From the NCBI GenBank assembly GCA_964016885.1, contig OZ024743.1, positions 42,656,001 to 42,720,000 of the forward strand: a stretch of DNA of 64,000 nucleotides. Reading direction: 5' to 3'. Shown piece by piece: positions 55,512 to 64,000 of this stretch. Source of the DNA: Eledone cirrhosa (lineage: Eukaryota). How positions within the stretch are numbered: the stretch's first letter is position 1; each line of letters begins with the position of its first letter. A program made the position numbers and the translations under genes. The notes below the pieces were generated by a model. It was not told the origin of the DNA. It saw nothing but the letters and a program-made list of their open reading frames with translations, and did not search any database.

Positions 55512-56960
55512 TTATAGTAGATCTATTGAGTATTTGTGATATCTATGGGAGATAGGGAAGTGTTTATCTATTAGTTTAAAGAATGTAGAGGGCAGTCTAG
55601 TTTTTATAGAGGAGTTGAATATTGGGTTGAACCATAGGTATTTTCTTCGTCTGTTTCTTCTATTGTTTCTAGGGTTTATGTTATTAGTGTTTTGGCCGTT
55701 TACTCTAGGTGTTACATGTCTAACCCTATGTCTAGTCAAGCTATACCTATTATTATGTGGGCGGTTGGAGTAGAAATTACTAGGATTGTTTATGTTGTCC
55801 TTATTCACTATATACTGTAGTTTATCTTTATGACCGGCCCTACTTAATGCTGCATTATAATAGTCAGCATGCTCGTTAAAGATTTCTAGGTTTGAGGATA
55901 AGCGGGATATTCGGAGGGATATACTACGTGCTATGGATTTAATTATGGATTTGGGGTGATTTGAGTTATAACTAATGTAGGCAAGATTTTCATTATTTTT
56001 GTGGAAAGGTTCTATTAATCCAGTATTTAGATTTAGAGTTACATCTAGAAAATTTACCTTCTTATGGTTTAGTTCGTAGATAATACTTAGGCCTAGTTTT
56101 TTGAAGAATATTCTAATATTTTTCCTTAGTCTTTCCATGCTCTGGTTGTTTAAGTTCCTAGCTATAAGTAACGTGTCGTCCCTATAAATTCCTCCTTGGA
56201 TGTTACTGAATTCCTTATGTAGGTTGTGTGCTATGAATAGCCCCACGATATCTGTAATTTGCGCAGAATCATTTGATCCCATTGTAATATCGAAGCTATT
56301 TATTCTATCCTTTCTTACCCAGTAGTTATTTTCAAATTTTACGATAGTCCTTCTAGCCGCTATTATTATTTCAATTTCATCGTGGGTAAGATCAGAGTTA
56401 TTTTGGGCAAATATAAGCGCCTTATCTAGGGTAGCTGAGGATATGGATGCATAATAGTCGTCTATATCAAATTGTATGAAGTTACACGTCTCCCTATTTT
56501 GTATTTTATTGAACCATTTAATTGCCTCGTTGGTGTTGCCCCATAAATTGATTTCTAGTTTACCCTTTATTTGTGCGATTACCCTATCTAGAATGTTTTT
56601 GCTAATTTTACCTATGTCTGACTTGGATGGGCATATTAATCTAATGGTGGGATTAGTTTCAAAGTTATTTTTGTGATCTTTCAGGTTAAATGTAGGGTTG
56701 CACGGGGTAAGCGGTTCGGTCCTATCTGAAATTCCGAGTTTATTAACTATCTTGAGGCCCTCCATGTTTATGCTGGTGAGTGTAGATTCATTTGTTTTTT
56801 TTATATTTTTTATGTAGTTCACGCTGAATAAAATTATTGTATGTGTTAATGTCCATAGAGTATACGTTTGATGTTTTGTCTGCTTTTACTATGATACCGT
56901 TAGTGTCTTTTAGTTTTTTAAGTAATGTATTTAAGTCATTTATTTTAAGTAATGTATTTA
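55512..56960 (-). pseudogene. PLE reverse transcriptase (YRDD type), 5'-truncated and frameshifted
   Basis: 436-aa ORF 55512-56822 plus upstream KADKT motif in ORF 56788-57135. Confidence 0.92.
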
Positions 56961-58372
56961 AGTCTTTCTCAACAGCAGCTAACATAGAATCACACATACG
57001 CAAGATCAACCACAGAAATATCTCAAGTAAATCAATTGCACCTATACATAAGCACAAACTCATCACAACATCACAACCACAAGCGCATACAAACGCGCAG
57101 CAGCAAAACCCCATTGGGCATATATCACAACCCACTTATAACAGGGTACTAAATAGGAATGTAAAAGCTGCACAAAATAGCGCCTCAAACTGCAACTGTC
57201 ACCTCCCAGATAGGTGCCCATTGGCGAACAGATGTCTCGATTCGAGCCTGGTGTACATGTGCACTGTCATCTCGGGTAACTCCACCTGGAATTACATAGG
57301 ATCCACCGCGGGTTCTTTTAAGAAAAGATGGTATGTGCACAGGCACTCATTGAAAAACCGAGCACTTATGGGTTCCACCACCCTCGCCAGAAAAATATGG
57401 GAATTGAAGGACAGCAACACTAACTACACTATCAACTGGTCGAAGTTGTCGGCTGCTAAAACCTATAGTACAGGGATGTCCTATTGCGGGCTGTGTGATC
57501 TTGAGCTATTATATATCCTTAGAAATGTTAAAAATGTACTTAATAATAAGTTAGAAAGATCTATCTTCTGCAGACATAGAATAGCCACTAAATTCATAAG
57601 ATTCAAACCTCCGTGAATCGAACCAACATAACATAGCTTTAAATTAGGATACCTACTACCCACAGAAATATATTCATTAAGTATACTATATCCTTCACAA
57701 GTCTATACCACACAACTGTTTGTAAGTACCTCATCTACCAACAATCTTACTCCTTCTCAGCTGCCGCAATCATTTGATCCTAGATCCTAGTTTTTCTCAT
57801 TTCACTATTACAATGTTACTTTACCTTCTTTTTGCCATAATTACAATTAGCACGCTTTTCTCTTTGCATGTATGTATATTTTTGTACGAGTGTATATTGA
57901 TGTGTATGTGTGTGTCTATGTACACATGCATGTGTATATATGTGTATATATATTTATATATATATATATGTGTGTGTGTGTGTATGTGTATATGTGTGTG
58001 TGTGTGTGCGTAGATATATGCGTATATTAATTCGTTAACCTCTGTATTAACTCTACAACTATTGAGCTTTGACAGTGGTCCCACTCATGTATACTGTAGA
58101 AGATGAAGAGAAAGACTGTAAAAACTAGCTTATCTTTATAATTTAAAATTGATACACACTACGATACTTTTTGCCTTATGACAGCTGGTTTTCACGCCGT
58201 AACATTAGATACATTATATACCCCCCACCTAAGTAATGTCAGGGTCTCCTTAAATAGTTTATTGATAGCATTGTTGTAATTGTTGTTATTGTTCTAATTG
58301 AATGCTATACTACTCCATATAGTAGCCTGTATTTTCTTTTCTTTTCTTGCCTGTGTATTTTCTTCATTCTCG

Positions 58373-58485
58373 CATGCTCCGATGATCTGACTGGTTATAA
58401 TTCTGTATTGGCGATCGAGTAACGCAAAATTAAGCGGATAGCGATCTCTAGACATACCAGTTCAGTGAAACAAATGTAAGCTATG
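58373..58485 (+). ncRNA. Hammerhead-like motif (CCGAUGA core, long stem II) at the PLE 3' end; mirror at 53988-54100 (-)
   Basis: catgct-CCGATGA-tctgactggt...accagttcagt-GAAA-caaatg-TA-agctatg. Confidence 0.62.
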
Positions 58486-58542
58486 TGATTAAAAACTTTT
58501 TTGTATAGCAAACCATGTAAACCTTCTTTCCTGATTTATATA

Positions 58543-58735
58543 TATTTAATATGGAAAAGGCTTCTACAAGACTAGAACGTTTCATTCGGGAGAAAACATA
58601 CGGAAACAGAAAAGATATAAAAACCAGAAAAGATATAAAAACCACCATATTACTTGGACAGTCGGTTTCCTGATGATTTCTCCCGAAAGAAACAGTTATA
58701 GTCCTCCTGAAGCTTTTTCTATATTAAATATTTAT
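58543..58735. repeat. Short fold-back with a partial hammerhead-like core at 58670-58703
   Basis: 58543-58596 is an imperfect inverse of 58677-58735; CTGATGA-tttc tccc gaaa-GAAA, stems I and III not convincing. Confidence 0.5.
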
Positions 58736-58796
58736 ACTCTGCTTTGTATTGAGTAGCTTACTTACTGTGATTACCCCCGATTGAACCATGGATAAA

Positions 58797-58834
<38 letters not shown>

Positions 58835-61800
58835 TATAAGTATGTATGTAAGTAATTGTCAGTGTGTTTACCTGTCAATGTATTTCCCGTAACTTAGTAG
58901 TTTGACTCGAAAGGATGATCGAAATATATACTGGGTTTGATACAATCGACTACATCTCTTCTAGGCGGTGTCCAAGCAAAGCCACTGTCTAATGGCCGAA
59001 AGCAGTAATGTCTATAAGCACTATAGGCATAATCCGTTGATTTTCACAAGTGTGAACTACTAATTATATCAGGAAATATATGATCAAAGTCATCTGGTAA
59101 TAATTAGTTGTCGAACTGTCAATGCGATGAATGGAGATTTTTTATTATGATGGAGGTAATATTTCAAATCAACGTAATAACAGCAACATAATCTTTAAAA
59201 AATAGATGTCTATAGCAAAGTCTACTGCAACTCATTCAACTTTTTGTTCTTATATTTACAATTAACGACATTCCCAACGATTTTTACATAATGTTGAAAA
59301 TAATCAATAATTTATTTGTTGCTTTGAACACAATTTTACAAACTTTCTTACATAAAATAACGATGAAAGGATTTTAGACAAATAGAAGCATTTAGAATTT
59401 TGTATAAACAAGAAATACTTGAGATGTTTTGATATCAAAAGTGTTCAACTGCATTTGAGAAATCCATCAATAAGTAATTATATATAATTATTTAGAAGGA
59501 AAAAATATGTTTTCTGATATTCATATATTTCCAAACAATATGATGAGACACAATATTGTAAAATGAATCCAATCTCCGAACTATGATATATGCAGAGCTG
59601 GTTCAGCTAGTACGTCTAGTTTGTACCACTTCACTTACGTTTGCACGATTTTTATGTTTTCGGAACAATTTTATCACAATGTTGATACTTCACAAGTGAT
59701 ACAAAGGAATCTTTTGTCATTTTCAAGTAGAAAATAAATCATTGTATTCCACCAAAATATCACAAAATTATCTAAAGTAGTATGACAAAAAGAATTGAAG
59801 GCTTTGGGAAGATGGCAGATGTGATGAGAGAAAAACTTTATAATATATCACTAAATAGAACAGATATAGTCTAGTTTCTACCTGGATTCACCCAAACTAA
59901 ATTATCACTTTACCGGTTATTCATATCAGACACTCAGATGTTTAGATTTTTTCATTTGTTATTTTCTTTTTTAAGCAATGAAATAAATCGAATGAAATTG
60001 TTCTTTCTTTTCATAATTCTTATCCCACATATGACTTACATTGTTCTCCATGAATTTCGTAACAAATAAAGAACAAATAAAGAACATAAATATAGTATAT
60101 ATATATCGCGTTCTACTAACCCAGAAATAGATCACCTTTATCTCTAGACAGAATATGTGTAGAAAATATACAGGCAATCATCCATATTTTATATATTCCC
60201 ATGCCAATAGCTCAGTTAGGATGATGTTTATGCGAATATAAAACGAGTCGAATACATCTATTTTACTATGAATACATGTTTATGTTTATGTTTACTATGA
60301 ATACATGTTTATGTAGTTCTACGTAATTCTATAGAGATACATATTTGAATGCTCTTATGTATTCATTTGTGTGTGAGTGTGAGAGCATGCGTTTTCGTGT
60401 ATGTGTGTGTATTTCGCATGCATAGAACATTTAAAAACTTAAGAGAATGAATTGCTAAGAGGGAATGTGTTTGGCTTCTTCGTATGGTGCCAGATAATAC
60501 ATTATTGATAACTTCCGAAATATATAATTTAACATGTTATTACTGTACATCACAACATGTTTACATATAAAATGTTGAAGTTGAGATCGTAAATATTATA
60601 GGCCTTTTTATAATTCATAATATTATTTGTACCTAAAACGAGCTGATAGAACTTGAATATCAACATTATGAAATTGTCTACGTAATTTATTTATCAGCCA
60701 TAAGCATCAATGTAAGAACCAAGAGGCATCAAAGGAGGAAGTCTGCTATATAGAATTCCTATGCATCAAAGTAATAATCGATTTCAGAGTTCGAGGCATA
60801 TATCATTTTTATTTTTCACTGATCAGTCAGGGCCAAACCAGAAACCTAACCTGGATGATTGTATCAGGTGACGGTAGTGTTGATTGGGATAGTAGGTTAC
60901 GTCTCTGGTCCAGCTTAATCATATTGGAATATTAAACGGATATTTTCTAAAGTAACTAGTGTGTGCTGCCTTTGGGTATTTCAGGGGACCGATTAAAAGA
61001 TAAAAAGTGACAGAAATTTGATTACTATTAATTATTGATATACGATCAATGGATTAGCTGAATCGATGGAACGTTAGATAAAATATATTGTGGCATTTGT
61101 TTTCGTCTGTGTTTTGAGTTTAAATCCCACAATGGTCAAATTTGCTTTTCCTACTTCTGAGGTTGACAGAATAAGGGAGTAAATTTAATTTCCCTTTTGA
61201 TTGCAGATTTTGATCCAGAAATAGAAACGGTGAATATATTTTACACAAATTAGACAACCTTACGCATCCCCGAGTCTTGAGTACCTAATGAAACCGTAGT
61301 GTAGCATGAAAACATGAGTCGTGTCTGGGGCATTTAAACTCGGGTAGACCGTTCCTCACAAAAAATAACAGACATAGAAGGACTGGTGAAAATGAAAGCG
61401 GTAGTGGAAAAGAAGAATAGTGAAATAATTAACTCCTGTACGCGACTGGTACTTTATTTATCGAAAGAATAAAACACAAAGTTCATCGCGGTGAGATTTA
61501 AACTCAGAGCGCAGACAACCGGAATGGATACCATCATGCATTCTATCCGTCTTTCTCCGCCTTAGATAACATTATACTTCATTTTAAGGCCTGGAAATAA
61601 TAAACTGTTGTATGTCGTTGATTCCCATATAGAATTATTAGTTTTGCATATATTTCATGGACATCAGACAGTGCTACATTTTAATTGGTTTTTAATTCTA
61701 CACTCAATTTCCTATTAATTACTTCTCCAAATTATTAAAAGGAACACAGCTGGCTCGCTGGAAGGAATTCAACATGAAAACAGTGTATAACAAATGAAAC

Positions 61801-62139
61801 ACAAACATTATAAAAATAACAATCCAAAATATTACAGTTACAATGTAATCTTCACATTTCTAGAAATCTCCGATTCGAATGGGGATTATTTAATGTCTGT
61901 TTATTATTTATAATTATATATATGTACAGAGTTAGCTGTGTATTTAACAAGTTCGCTTCAAAACAAAAGCTACTTAGTCTCCAGTTCAGGACAACAGTGG
62001 CAAAAGTCTTCTAATCTAACTTCGGATTTACCAATGCTTGTGAAGGAAATTTAGTAGATGGAAGGTAACTGTAATTTATATATATATATATATTAATTCA
62101 AAATATTAACAAACATAGACATTCGTGTGATCAAGTATA

Positions 62140-62202
62140 TTTTATTATACATATTTCAGAGGTACTGAGCTATCTTCAACAGTAGGTCCTCGTCAGATAA
62201 AA
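62140..62202 (-). ncRNA. Type I hammerhead ribozyme, canonical core
   Basis: Minus strand: ttttat-CTGACGA-ggacctactg...cagtacctct-GAAA-tatgta-TA-ataaaa. Confidence 0.78.
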
Positions 62203-62584
62203 CAAGATGATGCATGACATACCTTGATTAAGTAGATGGTTAAAATTCAGTATATATATATTTTACTCTTTTACTCTTTTACCTGTTCCATACATCCGGC
62301 TGAGGCCATGCTGGGGCACCGCCCTTGATATATATATATATATATATAAGAAAGTGATGTTATTTTACAAAATGAAAAATAACTGAGGTGTCCTACACGA
62401 GTGAAAGTATAAAGAAATAAAGATGAAATCGAAAATGCAACTGGAGTCTTATTTTAAAAAAATATATATATTTATTTGGTTCCTTTAGCGGTTTCTCAGT
62501 TCTTCTGCTTTTCAAAAGTAGAGTTGAGATGGAGGATCTGTGGTTTTTCTCACATCTGATGTGAGAAAAACCACAGAAAAACCA

Positions 62585-63521
62585 CTGACGAACGATTCCA
62601 ACCGTGACCATCCCCACTGAAAAGTTTCGTGAAATAGTCTTTTTAAGACTATATAGAGCATTTGTAGTTTTTCCAAATTGAAGGATGAGTATTTAAGCTT
62701 TATTTTATTCTGAGTTAAGACTCTATTGGTTTTCCCTGGATTTCACAAAATCTGTGGATAAAATATGTCTTGATTTTTTTAAAATTGAGTTTGAATTATT
62801 TTCCCATATCTTACGTTAATTATTTTCCATTTTGACCTTATAGTCACTTATATATTATGAAATACTCACAATAATTTCTATATTTTCATTTATATTTATA
62901 CTCGGAATGTTTCCTAGAATGCTTAAAATTATTTGTGACTAATCCCGGTCTTTTTTTTTTAAGAACCGCAATAATATTGCTATTTTGCCGAACTCCTTAC
63001 ATTTTGTAGAGTTTTTTCGGAATGTTTTTGAGTGCTGTTTCTTGTAAATAGAAATTAGTCTCATTCTGACCTCACCAGCCATGTCTCTCCATGTGTGTTT
63101 ATTTTTATAATTCCGCACGAGGTGAACTGGCCTGCTTTTAAATTCCCTTTTTGGCATATTTTGGCAGTGCTTTAGGGTTATCGTGTTTCAGCTCTACTGA
63201 CGAACGACCCCAACAGTGACCACCCCCACTGAAAAGTTTCGTGAAATAGTCTTTTTAAGACTATATAGAGCATTTGTAGTTTTTCAAAATTGAAGGATGA
63301 GTATTTAAGCTTTATTTTATTCTGAGTTAAGACTCTATTGGTTTTTCCCTGGATTTCACAAAATCTGTGGATAAAATCTCTGTCTTGATTTTTTAAAATT
63401 CAGTTTGAATTATTTTCTCATATCTTACGTTAATTATTTTCCATTTTGACGTTATAGTCACTTATATATTATATATTATGAAATATGTTGGCTTCTTGCT
63501 CACAATAATTTCTATGTTTTC

Positions 63522-63527
<6 letters not shown>
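62585..63527 (+). mobile_element. 612-bp unit bounded by hammerhead-initiated direct repeats (62585-62900 / 63197-63527)
   Basis: ctgacgaacga...gaaatagtctttttaagactatatagagc...ttttcatttatat occurs twice, 612 bp apart. Confidence 0.88.
63191..63271 (+). ncRNA. Full type I hammerhead ribozyme, apparently intact; the second copy at 62585-62659 lacks the 5' strand of stem I
   Basis: gctcta-CTGACGA-acga...tcgt-GAAA-tagtctt ttt aagacta-TA-tagagc; 6-bp stem I, 4-bp stem II, 8-bp stem III. Confidence 0.88.
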
Positions 63528-63554
<27 letters not shown>

Positions 63555-63557
<3 letters not shown>

Positions 63558-63705
63558 AAGTTCTTTATTTTATCGACCCCATAAGGATGAACGGCGAAGT
63601 TAACCTCGGTGGGATTTGAACTCAGATTTGAACTCGGATCAGAAAGGACCGTAACTCTTTGCTGCAAAGCATGGCGTCCGACCCTCTACCGATACTGCCA
63701 ATCCA
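63555..63705 (-). mobile_element. SINE family B
   Basis: tttattttatcgacccc..ggatga..gggatttgaactcag..ctctaccgatactgccaa. Confidence 0.82.
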
Positions 63706-63868
63706 CCGGCCTTATGGTAATAATAATACATGTGAAGACTAAAATCCGAAGAGGGCTCGATAAGGATAAATATATATAAAAAATATATAAAACCGTAGAG
63801 CAAATATTTATATATATATATATATCAATGATATTAATAAATGGAAACTATATTTATAAAACCATATT

Positions 63869-63929
63869 TATTCTATTATATATATTTCAAGAGTACCAAA
63901 ACTTTGGTACGCTCTCATCAGATAAAATA
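63869..63929 (-). ncRNA. Type I hammerhead ribozyme, apparently intact
   Basis: Minus strand: tattttat-CTGATGA-gagcgtaccaaa gt tttggtactctt-GAAA-tatata-TA-atagaata; 8-bp stem I. Confidence 0.85.
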
Positions 63930-64000
63930 CAAAGTGTGTTTTATAAATATTGACATATCCCGGAAAGAGATCTTAACGGTTCAAGCAGTTATAAATATAT

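Larger units (their letters stand above)
53934..58539 (-). mobile_element. Young PLE (RT plus C-terminal GIY-YIG) with its 3' ~1.57 kb duplicated in inverted orientation (53934-55506 / 56963-58539)
   Basis: RT ORF 55512-56822 (FDIDDYY, ITMGS, YRDD, VNFLDVTL, SNHP); GIY-YIG 54853-55248 (-) and its mirror in 56837-57616 (+); arms differ at only a handful of positions. Confidence 0.94.

Noticed and set aside
56837-57616. Stand-alone 259-aa GIY-YIG gene
   Set aside because: Chimeric ORF: the N-terminus is antisense RT sequence read across the inversion junction at 56963
58800-62100. Host exons in the AT-rich unique-looking stretch (also 19600-23300)
   Set aside because: No convincing ORF or splice-bounded coding signal; contains decayed SINE pieces; small exons cannot be excluded without transcript data
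62939-63157. 72-aa basic ORF inside the 612-bp unit
   Set aside because: Short, antisense to the HHR, no recognisable domain; could be a PLE N-terminal remnant but unsupported

Overview
Eukaryotic, AT-rich, repeat-saturated DNA with no recognisable host gene. The SINE types and the heavy (TA)n/(ATCT)n microsatellite load suggest an octopus or other coleoid cephalopod (inference). Contents: an ~11 kb tandem array of a ~660-bp unit; at least seven Penelope-like element (PLE) relics, most folded back as inverted repeats and bounded by (TA)n; two Tx1/L1-type LINE copies in (ATCT)n; an RTE LINE; a Chapaev3-like DNA transposon with TIRs and a TTA target duplication; a non-autonomous Helitron; and many tRNA-derived SINEs. 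The hidden theme, found by reading and hand-folding both strands, is type I hammerhead ribozymes (HHRs). Each satellite unit carries one HHR motif on the minus strand (16 copies), and about 20 further HHR-like motifs from roughly 12 unrelated sequence families are dispersed through the window. Several bound non-coding ~0.6 kb direct-repeat units (retrozyme-like). Four families show a non-canonical UUGANAA core, i.e. a compensatory U3-A8 pair replacing C3-G8. All structures are manual predictions; activity is untested and coordinates are hand-counted (a few bp of error possible).
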